53,639 nt of DNA from an uncultured Gammaproteobacteria bacterium (GCA_964516665.1 CAZEXG010000002.1:1-53639); one strand, 5' to 3'; positions 35,320 to 45,304 are shown, counted from the first letter of the stretch. Notes: generated from the sequence alone by a model not told the origin. Numbers and translations: made by a program.

Positions 35320-36446
35320 ATGTAATTATCACTCTACTACAAAATCACTCACTTTGCACCCCTCATCCCGATTTCCTGTATACTTTTTTTGTGGATTCTA
35401 AACTTACTACTAGCGATGCCATTATCAAACTTAGGACCAAGGCCGAAGGTGTCGAATTACCTCCCACCCTTCAGGACAAGCTTAATGAAATTTTCTCAGA
35501 ACTAGAGGTAAATTCTCACTCGGAAGATACCTTTTGGTCCCATTATCAAAGTGCCTCAAAATACCTTGACTGGATTATTTCTTTACCCTGGAATACTCGT
35601 TCCCAGGATATTCTCGACCTTCGTTTTGCCAAAGAAAAACTTGATGAAAATCACTATGGTTTGACCGAAGTTAAAGACCGTATTTTGGAATACATTTCTG
35701 TTTTATCTCTTCAAAAAACCCGTTCTCCCGACATTGTTCCTCGGGCTCCGATTTTACTTTTTGTTGGATTGGTCGGTACCGGTAAAACCACCATGGCCAA
35801 ATCCGTTGCTGATGTCATGGGACGCAAATTAATTCGTATTCCTTTTGGTGGCTTGGGTGATCCCCTTTATCTTCGCGGTCAATCCCGCCTTCATCCCGAA
35901 GCTGAACCTGGTGCTATCATCCGGGCTTTAGCCCAATGTCAAACCAAAAATCCGGTCATTCTTCTCGATGAAATCGATCGTGTCGCCGACGATGCCCTGA
36001 ATACCATTATGGGTGTTTTGGTCGAGCTTCTTGATCCCGAACAGAATTCCCGTTTTACCGATCATTATTTAGATTATCCCTTCGATTTATCCGAGGCTTT
36101 TTTTGTCGCCACCTGCAACAACACCAATCGCATTGCCACTGCTGTTATGGATCGTTTAGAGGTAATTCAAATGCCTTCCTATACTGATGAAGAAAAAATT
36201 GCTATTGGTCGTGATTATATTTTACCCAAAGCTATTAAAGAATCCGGTCTTAACCCTTCGGAACTTAAAATCAGCGATGCTGTTTGGTCCAATATTGTTC
36301 GCCCTCTTGGTTTTGACGCCGGTGTCCGTACTTTGAAAAGAAATATCGAGGGACTCTGTCGCAAAAGTGCCGCCTTAATTCTTACCGGCACTAAACAAAT
36401 TGTTATCGACGAATCGAATGTTAAGAAATTCATTCCCCAATGGTAA
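35313..36446 (+). CDS. Lon-like AAA+ ATPase module without an N-terminal substrate domain or a protease domain
   Basis: LDENHYGLTEVKDRILEYISV, Walker A GLVGTGKTTMAKS, FGGLGDPLYLRGQSR, Walker B ILLDEIDRV, all collinear with the central part of Lon. The ORF ends after the AAA+ lid. The track start (TTG 35313) overlaps the murA start, so GTG 35391 is a plausible alternative. Confidence 0.7.
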   Translation: MTYVIITLLQNHSLCTPHPDFLYTFFVDSKLTTSDAIIKLRTKAEGVELPPTLQDKLNEIFSELEVNSHSEDTFWSHYQSASKYLDWIISLPWNTRSQDILDLRFAKEKLDENHYGLTEVKDRILEYISVLSLQKTRSPDIVPRAPILLFVGLVGTGKTTMAKSVADVMGRKLIRIPFGGLGDPLYLRGQSRLHPEAEPGAIIRALAQCQTKNPVILLDEIDRVADDALNTIMGVLVELLDPEQNSRFTDHYLDYPFDLSEAFFVATCNNTNRIATAVMDRLEVIQMPSYTDEEKIAIGRDYILPKAIKESGLNPSELKISDAVWSNIVRPLGFDAGVRTLKRNIEGLCRKSAALILTGTKQIVIDESNVKKFIPQW

Positions 36447-36721
36447 AGTCCCAAAAAATTGAAAAAATACCTTATTTTTACCTATTTTTGACTGCCACTG
36501 CCTTTGTTGTTTTATTACTTACTCTGTACCCTTATAAACCAGATTTTTCCAAACTTTCCGCCCTTCCCACCCCAACTCCCACTATCTCCAAATATATCTG
36601 TCCCGCCTCTGAATGGGTCGATTGCATGCCCGGTCCTGGTCCGCTTAAAACTCAGTGTCAACCAGATTATTTGAATTGGGCTAAAATTAATTGTTCCAAT
36701 TTTAAGGGCGCTGCCCTTTAA
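36440..36721 (+). CDS. Small membrane-anchored Cys-containing protein
   Basis: 93 aa. One TM segment (YFYLFLTATAFVVLLLTLY), a Pro/Thr linker and 4 Cys in the C-terminal part. Confidence 0.4.
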   Translation: MVKSQKIEKIPYFYLFLTATAFVVLLLTLYPYKPDFSKLSALPTPTPTISKYICPASEWVDCMPGPGPLKTQCQPDYLNWAKINCSNFKGAAL

Positions 36722-36725
36722 TCAT

Positions 36726-37571
36726 ATGAACTTCAAAAAAAAGATTTTTCTTTTTCCTCTATCATTAGCCGTTATTCTTTTCGCTTCCATTATCATTATC
36801 TTTTCTCCCGTTGGTCAAAAGAACATTGTCGATATTTCTGAATATCAACCGCTAGTTATTTCCTCGCCCGATTTTTCCCAACCTCTCAGCAGTCCATTAA
36901 TTATCACTGGGAAAGTCGACCCTTCCTGGGTTTTTGAGGCTTCCTTTCCTCTCGAACTTTTTGATGATCAGGGAAAATCTCTCTTTTTGGGTACTGCTTC
37001 AGCCCCTGATTGGACTGAATCCAATAATGCTTTTATCGGTTTTACTGCTGAAGTTAATTTTTCTACCTCTGCTACTTCCGGTTCTTTGGAATTTAGAAAG
37101 GACAACCCAAGCGGCCTTCCAGAAAACAACCAAAGCTTTAAAATTCCAGTAATCTTTAATTCTCCATCAACCAAATCTCCTTCCAATTTTAAAGTATCCT
37201 CTACCGAGGCAATCGAAAAAGTATCCAAACTACCTGAGGTTGTTACTGAAAGCAAATGTTTAGATTATCCAGGATCAAAAGCTGTCATCAGGGTTGCATT
37301 TGAGCCAAATGATAAAAGTTCTAATTATCAAATATATTTTGAAGAATCACATCCTAATGATGTCAAATTGTTGGCTATATTTTTCGTCGATGCCAATACT
37401 GGTCTTATTACTACACATGACAACAATAAAACAATTAGCTATCAACAGTGGCAACAGTCTCATCAGATCAAAGGATGTAATTTTAAACCGCTACTCTGTG
37501 ATGATGATAATCTTGAATGCCCGCAAGGTTATGCCTGCAGTATATCTGAGGGAACTTGCTTTTTAATATAG
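36726..37571 (+). CDS. Secreted or membrane-anchored protein with a Gmad2-like Ig-fold region and a Cys-rich C-terminus
   Basis: 281 aa with an N-terminal TM or signal segment. SSPLIITGKVDPSWVFEASFPLELFDDQGKSL resembles the Gmad2 immunoglobulin-like domain pattern. The C-terminal 45 aa contain 6 Cys. Confidence 0.45.
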   Translation: MNFKKKIFLFPLSLAVILFASIIIIFSPVGQKNIVDISEYQPLVISSPDFSQPLSSPLIITGKVDPSWVFEASFPLELFDDQGKSLFLGTASAPDWTESNNAFIGFTAEVNFSTSATSGSLEFRKDNPSGLPENNQSFKIPVIFNSPSTKSPSNFKVSSTEAIEKVSKLPEVVTESKCLDYPGSKAVIRVAFEPNDKSSNYQIYFEESHPNDVKLLAIFFVDANTGLITTHDNNKTISYQQWQQSHQIKGCNFKPLLCDDDNLECPQGYACSISEGTCFLI

Positions 37572-37578
37572 CCACAAT

Positions 37579-38151
37579 ATGCCCTTAACTAAAGATCAAC
37601 AATTGCAATATATTGCCCATTTAGTAGGAGAATGTCATAAGTGCGATTTGTATAAAACCGCTACCAATCACGTTCCCGGTTCCGGTAATCCTAATGCCCA
37701 AATTGTTTTCATTGGCGAAGCTCCGGGGCAACAAGAAGATTTGCAGGCTTTGCCTTTTGTTGGCAATTCTGGTAAACTATTAGACAAGCTTCTGAATACG
37801 ATCCGTGTGCCGCGATCCGACGTTTTCATTTGTAACATCTTAAAACATCGTCCGCCCGGAAACCGAGACCCTTTACCTGAAGAAATAAAAGTCTGTGTTC
37901 CCTATTTAAAAGCTCAATTAAAAATTATTCAACCGAAAATCGTTATCACTTTGGGCCGTTTTGCCATGAACTATTTCTTTCCTCAAGAATCAATTAGTCG
38001 GATTCATGGGCAAATTATAAATATTACTTGGCAGGATTTACCTTTAACCATTATTCCTGTTTACCATCCTTCGGCTGGCCTCAGAAACGGTGCTATGTTA
38101 AAAACCCTTCAAGACGATTTTCTAAAAATTGGCCAATTATTGGGCAATTAA
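37579..38151 (+). CDS. Uracil-DNA glycosylase, family 4
   Basis: CHKCDLY, FIGEAPGQQED, PFVGNSGKLL, HPS. 190 aa. Confidence 0.85.
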   Translation: MPLTKDQQLQYIAHLVGECHKCDLYKTATNHVPGSGNPNAQIVFIGEAPGQQEDLQALPFVGNSGKLLDKLLNTIRVPRSDVFICNILKHRPPGNRDPLPEEIKVCVPYLKAQLKIIQPKIVITLGRFAMNYFFPQESISRIHGQIINITWQDLPLTIIPVYHPSAGLRNGAMLKTLQDDFLKIGQLLGN

Positions 38152-38165
38152 TTATCAAAAAAATT

Positions 38166-39920
38166 ATGATTACAAATCAAAAAACAATAAAAAAAACAGT
38201 TTTTAGTCCACCTGTTCAAAAAGACTTTACTCATCCTATTAGTCAAGATGCCGTACGCATTTCTTCTTTAGGTGGTTTTGGGGATGTCACTCAAAACATG
38301 TTCGTTTATGAATTTGCTCCTCGTGGTGATTTTTCCAAGTCGGAAATCATCATTGTTGATTGTGGTGTTGGTTTTCCGGAAGAAGACGCCTTTGGTGTCG
38401 ACCTCCAAATTCCCGATACTACTTATCTTAACGATAAAAAAGACCGAATTTTAGGTATTTTTATTACTCATGGTCACGAAGATCATATCGGTGCCGTTCG
38501 TTATATTTTGCCTATTCTGGGAAACAAAATTCCGGTTTACGCCCCCAAATTGGCGGCTGCCTTTATTGAAGCCCGTTTAGCCGAGAATCAAATTCGGGCC
38601 TCAGTTAATGTTTATCAGTCCGGCGATGTTTTCACCAAAGGTCATTTTACCGTTGAACCTATTCGGGTGACTCACTCCATCCCTGACACTCATCATTTTG
38701 CCATCACTACTCCTATTGGTACTTTTTACCATGGTTCCGATTTCAAATTTGATGTTTTCCCTCTCGACAATAAACCAGCAGAGCTTAAAAAAATTGCCAA
38801 TATCGGCAATCGTAAAGTTGTTGCCTTGATGTCCGATTCTCTTGGTGCTGACCATGAAGGTTATTCACCTTCAGAAAGAGATATTGCAGAAAATTTCAAA
38901 CATCAGATCGTTAATGCCCAAGGTCGGGTTTTTGTGACTTCAATCAGTAGTAATATTGTTCGTTGGTCTCAGGCTATTGAATATGGTAAATCTACCGGCC
39001 GTAAAATTTGTGTCGTTGGTTATTCTGTGGATAAAGCTATTAATATTGCCAAAGAGTTGAGCTATATTAAATTAGCCGACAGTGACATAATTGCTCCGGA
39101 ACGTTCCAAAAATTTTCCCGACAATAAACTTCTCTTTTTAGTTGCTGGTTTTGCTGGTCAGCCGGATTCGGCTTTAAGCAAAATGGTGATGGGCAAGCAT
39201 CGGATTAAAATTAAGTCCGGTGATAAGGTCATTTTTTCCTCACCAGACTATATTCCAGGAACCTCAGGTAATATTTACGAAATGATCGACACCCTTTCCA
39301 AAATGGGTGCCGAAGTGGCCTATGGCGAAAAAGAAGAGCTTCATGTTTCCGGTCATGGTTATCAAAAGGAACACGCCCTCTTAATTTCCTTAGTAAATCC
39401 ACGCTATTTATTACCCATTGGTGGTAACTATCGTCATATCAAAAGCTATTTTTCCATGGCCAAAACGATGGGTTATCAGGATGATCAGTTCATTACTCCT
39501 GATTTTGACTCTTCAGTTACCTTTTATGCCAATGGCAAGGTTGACACTAATTTCCATATTCCGATGCATAAAGTTTTAATCGATGGTCTTGGTATCGGTG
39601 ATGTTGGTGCTACCGTTCTTCGCGATCGTAAAACTTTGGCCGAAGATGGTATGTTTAGCGTTGTTATGCTGGTTAACAAGGAAAGTGGTGCCCTTTTCAA
39701 GGAACCAACTATTCTTTCCCGCGGTTTTGTCTTTATGAAAGAAAATACCGATCTTATCGACTATTTAAAAGGGGAAGTTGTTAAAAAATTCGCTGAAGTA
39801 ACTAGTAAGCCAGCCAATTTCGACTATATCCGTACCGAAATTCAGGCTTATTTGGAAATTATCATTAAAGAAAAAACCGGCCGCGAACCTATGGTTCTAC
39901 CTTTGGTCATCGAGATCTAA
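38166..39920 (+). CDS. rnj: Ribonuclease J (metallo-beta-lactamase / beta-CASP)
   Basis: ITHGHEDHIGA, beta-CASP motifs and HVSGHG. Start placed at ATG 38166 (MITNQK) after the UDG stop, not the overlapping track start at 38028. Confidence 0.9.
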   Translation: MITNQKTIKKTVFSPPVQKDFTHPISQDAVRISSLGGFGDVTQNMFVYEFAPRGDFSKSEIIIVDCGVGFPEEDAFGVDLQIPDTTYLNDKKDRILGIFITHGHEDHIGAVRYILPILGNKIPVYAPKLAAAFIEARLAENQIRASVNVYQSGDVFTKGHFTVEPIRVTHSIPDTHHFAITTPIGTFYHGSDFKFDVFPLDNKPAELKKIANIGNRKVVALMSDSLGADHEGYSPSERDIAENFKHQIVNAQGRVFVTSISSNIVRWSQAIEYGKSTGRKICVVGYSVDKAINIAKELSYIKLADSDIIAPERSKNFPDNKLLFLVAGFAGQPDSALSKMVMGKHRIKIKSGDKVIFSSPDYIPGTSGNIYEMIDTLSKMGAEVAYGEKEELHVSGHGYQKEHALLISLVNPRYLLPIGGNYRHIKSYFSMAKTMGYQDDQFITPDFDSSVTFYANGKVDTNFHIPMHKVLIDGLGIGDVGATVLRDRKTLAEDGMFSVVMLVNKESGALFKEPTILSRGFVFMKENTDLIDYLKGEVVKKFAEVTSKPANFDYIRTEIQAYLEIIIKEKTGREPMVLPLVIEI

Positions 39921-40147
39921 AAAGAATATCTCGGTAAAACCAAAGTGTAGTCGTTGTGCTTATTGCAGCCTCTTTCTCTGGCTGCAATATGCGCTTCCGA
40001 TTCTTCCAATATCAATTCACCTACAAGTTTAAATTCCTCATCGCTTTCGACTTGTTTTGGCACCTTTCGCTGCAATTCAGCAATTCTTGTTTCGATTGGA
40101 CAAATGTTCAATCCCTCAAGTCGACAAGATAAACATAATTTCTCCAT
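39917..40147 (-). CDS. Doubtful small ORF, 76 aa
   Basis: ORF only. Overlaps the RNase J stop by 4 nt, convergently. Contains 4 Cys (CLSC...C...C). Confidence 0.3.
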   Translation of the reverse strand: MEKLCLSCRLEGLNICPIETRIAELQRKVPKQVESDEEFKLVGELILEESEAHIAARERGCNKHNDYTLVLPRYSF

Positions 40148-40170
40148 AGTTCGGAATTATATCAATATGT

Positions 40171-40200
40171 TTGTTAAAATCCAAAATTTTCCGCTAAAAT
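40171..40200 (+). promoter_or_regulatory. Promoter-like TTGTTA-N18-TAAAAT, 5 nt upstream of the proS ATG
   Basis: Read directly from the sequence. ATG at 40206, with no SD. Confidence 0.4.
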
Positions 40201-40205
40201 AAGCC

Positions 40206-41627
40206 ATGGCTAAATCACAATTGAAAGATTTCAACACCAATCTTTCTGAATGGTATAACGATATTGTTTTAAAAGCCGAACTGGCTGATTATGCTCCGGT
40301 CAAAGGTTGTATGGTTATCCGCCCTTACGGCTACGCCATTTGGGAAGCCATCCAAAATTTTATGGACCCCTTGATCAAAGAACATGGTGTCAAAAATGCC
40401 TATTTCCCCCTTTTTATCCCCATGCACTTTTTAGAAAAAGAAAAAGAGCATGTTGCCGGTTTTGCTCCCGAATTGGCCGTTGTTACCCATGGTGGTGGTG
40501 AAAAATTAACTGAAAATTTGGCTGTCCGTCCTACCTCCGAAACCATTATGTATGAAATGTACCGTCAATGGACTCACAGTTGGCGCGATTTACCAATTCT
40601 CATCAACCAATGGTGCAATGTTGTTCGTTGGGAAAAAAGAACCTATTTATTTTTGCGTACCTCAGAATTTTTATGGCAGGAAGGCCATTGTGCTCATTTA
40701 AGCCAGGAAGAAAATTTAGCTACAGTCCACTGGGCCATGGATTTATATCAAAAAACTTACCGGGATCTTTTAGCTATGTACGGCATTGCCGGTTATAAAA
40801 GTGAAAGCGAAAAATTTGCCGGTGCTGGTAAAACTATTACTTTTGAAGCATTAATGCCCAACGGCAAATCGCTTCAGGCTTGTACTTCTCACGATCTTGG
40901 TCAAAATTTTTCTCAGTCTTTTAATTGGACCTTTCAAGACAAAGACGGCCATAACGTTTTTCCTTGGCAAAATTCCTGGGGTCTGTCTACTCGGGCTATC
41001 GGCGGTCTGATTATGGCTCACGGCGATGAAAATGGCCTCAAACTTCCGCCTAATCTTGCTCCGATTCAAATCATAATTATTCCTATTCCTGGACACCAAA
41101 AAGCCCAGAATAAAGCTAAAGAAATTTTTGAAATCCTTAAAAAAGATTTCCGCGTAGAAATAGATGACAGAGAAGGGGAGACTGCTGGTTTTAAATTTAA
41201 TAAATGGGAATTAAAAGGTATTCCTCTCCGTCTTGAATTGGGTGATCGCGACGTCGAATCTAATTCTGTCGTACTCGTCCGTCGTGATAGTGGAGAAAAA
41301 CAAAGTCTTAATCTCGATAATTTGTCTTCTTCGATCTCCACCTTGCTCAACGAAATTCAGGGTAATCTTTTTCAAAAGCACAAAAAATTCACTGAAGATA
41401 ATACTTTTATTGTTGATTTTTACGAAGATTTTAAAAAGATTATGTCAAGTACTCGTGGTTTTCTCAAAGCTCATTGGTGTGAAAATACCGAATGTGAGGC
41501 AAAAATAAAAGAAGAAACCAAGGCTACCACTCGCTGTTTGCCTCTGGATGCCATCGAGGAAGAAGGAAAATGTGTTCGTTGCGGCGCTCCCTCTCATCGC
41601 CGCTGGATCTTCGGATTGTCATATTAA
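40206..41627 (+). CDS. proS: Prolyl-tRNA synthetase, archaeal/eukaryotic-like type
   Basis: 473 aa. N-terminus ...WYNDIVLKAELADYAPVKGCMVIRPYGYAIWE, no bacterial INS editing insertion, a C-terminal Zn-binding domain (C..TECEAKIKEE...CVRCG) and a terminal Tyr. Confidence 0.92.
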   Translation: MAKSQLKDFNTNLSEWYNDIVLKAELADYAPVKGCMVIRPYGYAIWEAIQNFMDPLIKEHGVKNAYFPLFIPMHFLEKEKEHVAGFAPELAVVTHGGGEKLTENLAVRPTSETIMYEMYRQWTHSWRDLPILINQWCNVVRWEKRTYLFLRTSEFLWQEGHCAHLSQEENLATVHWAMDLYQKTYRDLLAMYGIAGYKSESEKFAGAGKTITFEALMPNGKSLQACTSHDLGQNFSQSFNWTFQDKDGHNVFPWQNSWGLSTRAIGGLIMAHGDENGLKLPPNLAPIQIIIIPIPGHQKAQNKAKEIFEILKKDFRVEIDDREGETAGFKFNKWELKGIPLRLELGDRDVESNSVVLVRRDSGEKQSLNLDNLSSSISTLLNEIQGNLFQKHKKFTEDNTFIVDFYEDFKKIMSSTRGFLKAHWCENTECEAKIKEETKATTRCLPLDAIEEEGKCVRCGAPSHRRWIFGLSY

Positions 41628-41632
41628 TCTAT

Positions 41633-42286
41633 ATGGATCTCTCTCCTTCTATATCCCTAATTTCCCTTCGGCGTCGTTTGGCTCGCAGCTTGCCTCCACT
41701 TATCTTTGTTAGTGGTAAGGCCTGTAGTGGCAAAAGCACCTTTGCTAAAAGGTTGGAAAAGTATGGTTACCGTCATCTTTCCTTTGACGATTTTGTTTAC
41801 GAGTCGGTTATTAAAAAATATGATGTTCGTGATAAAGGTTTGGCTTATGGTGTCTATCGCGGCCAAGCTCCATCTTCTTGGCAACAATCTTTCGAGCAAG
41901 AAGCTCACGAACTAATTCTTTCTTCCCTAAAAAAGTCACGGGTTGTAGTTGATGCCGCCATCGGCAATCCTCAAATTTTGAAACGTATTTTTTCAAAAAA
42001 ATTGTCAGATTTCCTCTTTATTTATCTTCATCCTTTCGATCGGGAATATTATTATCGTTCTATGTTCAAGCGTTTTCAGGAGGATTATCAAAAGCAACAA
42101 CCTTCATGCTATCTTTGGGATTTTGTCACTCCAGAGATTTTAGCCGATTACCGTCTTCATCGTACCCGCAGTCAACTAACTTTGGATTTAATAAAAAGCT
42201 ACGCCGACGAAAGTATTCGCCGCTCAAGCATCCGCTTATCTAAATTTCGGCGTCATTATCCAGACCTCATTCTCACCGGTCATTAA
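41633..42286 (+). CDS. P-loop NTPase / kinase-like protein
   Basis: Walker A SGKACSGKST. Start placed at ATG 41633 after the proS stop. Confidence 0.5.
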   Translation: MDLSPSISLISLRRRLARSLPPLIFVSGKACSGKSTFAKRLEKYGYRHLSFDDFVYESVIKKYDVRDKGLAYGVYRGQAPSSWQQSFEQEAHELILSSLKKSRVVVDAAIGNPQILKRIFSKKLSDFLFIYLHPFDREYYYRSMFKRFQEDYQKQQPSCYLWDFVTPEILADYRLHRTRSQLTLDLIKSYADESIRRSSIRLSKFRRHYPDLILTGH

Positions 42287-42314
42287 AATTATTTAAATAA
42301 GTTATACTCTATAT

Positions 42315-44441
42315 ATGCCCCGCGGTCGTAAAAAAAATAAAATCTTACCCAGCCTTAAGCTGAAACCAGACACTGTCAAATCGATATTTTTTATTTTCTT
42401 TTTGATTTTATCCATTATTTCGGTCTTTTCTTTCTTACAGCAGGGGACCATCGCCACCGAATTTAACCTTTTACTTAATAAATATTTCGGTTTCGGCTCG
42501 GTCATGCTGCCTTTCCTTTTACTCCTGATTTCTTTTCTCTTCACCAAAATTAAATCTCCTCTCCGGGAAACCAATGTTTTTTTTGGTTTCTCCATTATGT
42601 TCGTTTCACTTTTATCCCTTTTCAAGCAAGGGGTTGTTGGTGCCTTCCTTTGGGATCAATTTTTGGTTCTTTTCTCTGAAGCCCCAACCTTTATTATTTT
42701 CTTTTTTACCCTTATCGTCGGTTTTGTCGTCCTTTTTGATACCAATGTTGCCCAAATTTTCAAATTCCTTATCCGCGTTTTTCAATTAATTAAAAAATAT
42801 TCTGTCGGCCAGGCCAATAAAATCAAAGAAAAAAAATCCAAAGAATCGGCCAAAAATCCTTTATATCAATCAGAAATTCACGCCACTTCGGAATCGCCTT
42901 TTTCCGACAAATCTTCAGGCAAAAGTTCTTCCCGCGAGGATATGGCTGTCGCCAACATTCCTCCCCTTTTCAAAAACGACTCTTCACCTCTAACTTCTTC
43001 CGGCAACCAAAGTTGGCAATATCCTTCACTTTCCATTTTTGACGACACCCCCGGTGCCAAAGCTGACCGCGGCAACGTTAGTAAAAATGCTCAAATTATC
43101 GAGCAAACTCTTGATTCTTTTGGCATCACTGCCCGGGTCGCCGAAGTCAATAATAGTCCCTCGGTTACTCAATATGCTCTTGAAGTTGCCTTGGGCACTA
43201 AATTAGCCAAGATTTTATCTTTAAGTAATGATTTAGCTATGGCTTTGGCTGCTCCCGGTGGTCAAATCCGTGTCGAAGCCCCTATTCCCGGTCGTTCTTT
43301 AGTTGGTATCGAGGTTCCTAACCGCTCTCTGGAAGTAGTTCCTATCAGAGCTATTTTGGAGTCCGACGCCATGAAAAATGCGAAAAGTAAAATTTCCGTC
43401 CCCCTGGGTTTGGATGTTTCCGGTCAACCCAAAGTTGCCGATATTTCCAAAATGCCTCACGTTTTAATTGCCGGTCAAACCGGTTCCGGAAAGTCAGTTT
43501 GTGTTAATTCCTGGATTTCCACTCTTCTTTTCCGTGCTTCTCCCGACGAGGTCCGTTTGATTATGGTTGATCCTAAACGTGTCGAACTTACTCCCTACAA
43601 CGGTATTCCTCATCTTTTAACTCCTGTCATTGTTGAACCGGAAAAAGTTGTTTCTGCCTTAAAATGGGCAGTTGGTGAAATGGAACGCCGTTATAAACTT
43701 TTTACCGAAGTTGGCGCTAAAAATATCGAAAGCTACAACAATATGTCCGGTTTTCAGGCCGTACCTTATATTGTCATTGTTATTGATGAATTAGCCGAAA
43801 TTATGCTTTTTTCTCCAGCTGAAGTCGAAGATAATATTTGTCGTATCGCCCAAATGGCCCGTGCTGTCGGTATTCATTTAGTTTTGGCCACTCAGCGTCC
43901 CTCAGTCAACATCATCACCGGTTTGATCAAAGCCAACATTCCTACCAGAATTGCCTTTGCCGTTGCTTCTATGACCGATTCCCGGGTTATTCTTGACTCT
44001 CCGGGAGCCGAAAAATTATTAGGTCGTGGTGACATGCTCTATATTCCCCCGGATTTAGCTAAACCTGTTCGGGTTCAGGGCTGTTTTGTTTCCGACAAAG
44101 AAGTCAATCGTCTTATCGACTTCCTTAAAACTCAACGTTCCGGTGACTACAACGATGAAATTGTTAAACAACCTGTAAATAGTCCCAATTCTTCAAGTAA
44201 AAACATCATGGTTAGTGATGGCGAAGAGCGCGATGCTATGTTTAACGACGCAGTTAAGCTAATCCAGGAAAGTGGTAAAGCCTCGGCTTCTTTACTTCAA
44301 CGTCGTCTCAAACTAGGTTATGCCCGGGCAGCTCGTGTTCTTGATGAACTAGAGCAAGCTGGTATCGTTGGTCCGGTCAATGGGGCCAAACCCAGAGAAA
44401 TATTGATTGCCCATAATAATCCTTCAGATTCTTCTGAATAA
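42315..44441 (+). CDS. ftsK: DNA translocase FtsK/SpoIIIE
   Basis: N-terminal TM segments, a linker, LIAGQTGSGKS, VIVIDELAE, and a C-terminal gamma winged-helix domain (ASASLLQRRLKLGYARAARVLDELE). Confidence 0.92.
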   Translation: MPRGRKKNKILPSLKLKPDTVKSIFFIFFLILSIISVFSFLQQGTIATEFNLLLNKYFGFGSVMLPFLLLLISFLFTKIKSPLRETNVFFGFSIMFVSLLSLFKQGVVGAFLWDQFLVLFSEAPTFIIFFFTLIVGFVVLFDTNVAQIFKFLIRVFQLIKKYSVGQANKIKEKKSKESAKNPLYQSEIHATSESPFSDKSSGKSSSREDMAVANIPPLFKNDSSPLTSSGNQSWQYPSLSIFDDTPGAKADRGNVSKNAQIIEQTLDSFGITARVAEVNNSPSVTQYALEVALGTKLAKILSLSNDLAMALAAPGGQIRVEAPIPGRSLVGIEVPNRSLEVVPIRAILESDAMKNAKSKISVPLGLDVSGQPKVADISKMPHVLIAGQTGSGKSVCVNSWISTLLFRASPDEVRLIMVDPKRVELTPYNGIPHLLTPVIVEPEKVVSALKWAVGEMERRYKLFTEVGAKNIESYNNMSGFQAVPYIVIVIDELAEIMLFSPAEVEDNICRIAQMARAVGIHLVLATQRPSVNIITGLIKANIPTRIAFAVASMTDSRVILDSPGAEKLLGRGDMLYIPPDLAKPVRVQGCFVSDKEVNRLIDFLKTQRSGDYNDEIVKQPVNSPNSSSKNIMVSDGEERDAMFNDAVKLIQESGKASASLLQRRLKLGYARAARVLDELEQAGIVGPVNGAKPREILIAHNNPSDSSE

Positions 44442-44447
44442 GCCTTT

Positions 44448-45044
44448 ATGAAGCGCGCCTCAACTATCCTCGAATCTGCACGTCTTGATCGGGAACTGGA
44501 TTATTCGGAAATTAGCAAGAAAACCAAAATACCTGTCCGTTATCTAATTGCCTTTGAAAATGAAAGTTGTAAGGACTTTCCTGAAGAGCCTTATTGTTCT
44601 TTAATGCTCAAAGATTATGCCGATTTTTTGGGTCTAAATGGTGAAAATATTCTTTCTCTCTTCCGCCGTGATTACGATACCAAATCTCATTCCTCTCCTT
44701 CACGCCGTCTTTTCTTTTCCCTTACCCCCCAATATACTTTTTCCGTTTTTATTGTCCTTTCCGTTTTAGTCTTTGCGATCTATCTTTTTTCCGAATATTC
44801 AAAATTCAACCGCCCCCCGCCGCTTAAAGTGAACTGGCCCCAAGACTTGTCTTCTAAAACAGTTGAAATTACCGGAGTTACTAATCCCGAATCTACTGTC
44901 AAAATTAATGATTCTTTGGTTATTGTCGATTCTAATGGAAATTTCAGTAAAAGCATTGAAATTTCCACCCCTGAAGCCAAAATTATTGTTGAAGCTAAAT
45001 CTCCCGCTGGTGTTGTTACTTCTGATGAAAAATTTTTTAAATAG
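44448..45044 (+). CDS. RodZ-like HTH / single-TM protein
   Basis: N-terminal HTH-like region (LDYSEISKKTKIPVRYLIAFE), one central TM segment and a beta-rich C-terminal domain. Confidence 0.55.
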   Translation: MKRASTILESARLDRELDYSEISKKTKIPVRYLIAFENESCKDFPEEPYCSLMLKDYADFLGLNGENILSLFRRDYDTKSHSSPSRRLFFSLTPQYTFSVFIVLSVLVFAIYLFSEYSKFNRPPPLKVNWPQDLSSKTVEITGVTNPESTVKINDSLVIVDSNGNFSKSIEISTPEAKIIVEAKSPAGVVTSDEKFFK

Positions 45045-45058
45045 TTTATAATTTTTTT

Positions 45059-45304
45059 ATGGACCTTACCCAAATTGTGATCGTCATCAGCTTGCTGTCA
45101 ATTACTACCATCGTTGTTATTTCCGGCATCTATCTCATCAGACTTCTTAAAGAGCTTCAAAACACGGTTATCGAAACAAATCACATCATTTCCTCTATTT
45201 CTCGACCTGTCGACTCCTTTTCTGAATTTATCATGGGCTTCAAAAATGGCTTTTCCCTACTTAGTTCCTTCTTTAAAAAAGATAAAAAAGAGGCAGAAAA
45301 ATAA
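45059..45304 (+). CDS. Small membrane protein (DUF948-like pattern)
   Basis: 81 aa. An N-terminal TM segment followed by a helical segment. Confidence 0.4.
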   Translation: MDLTQIVIVISLLSITTIVVISGIYLIRLLKELQNTVIETNHIISSISRPVDSFSEFIMGFKNGFSLLSSFFKKDKKEAEK

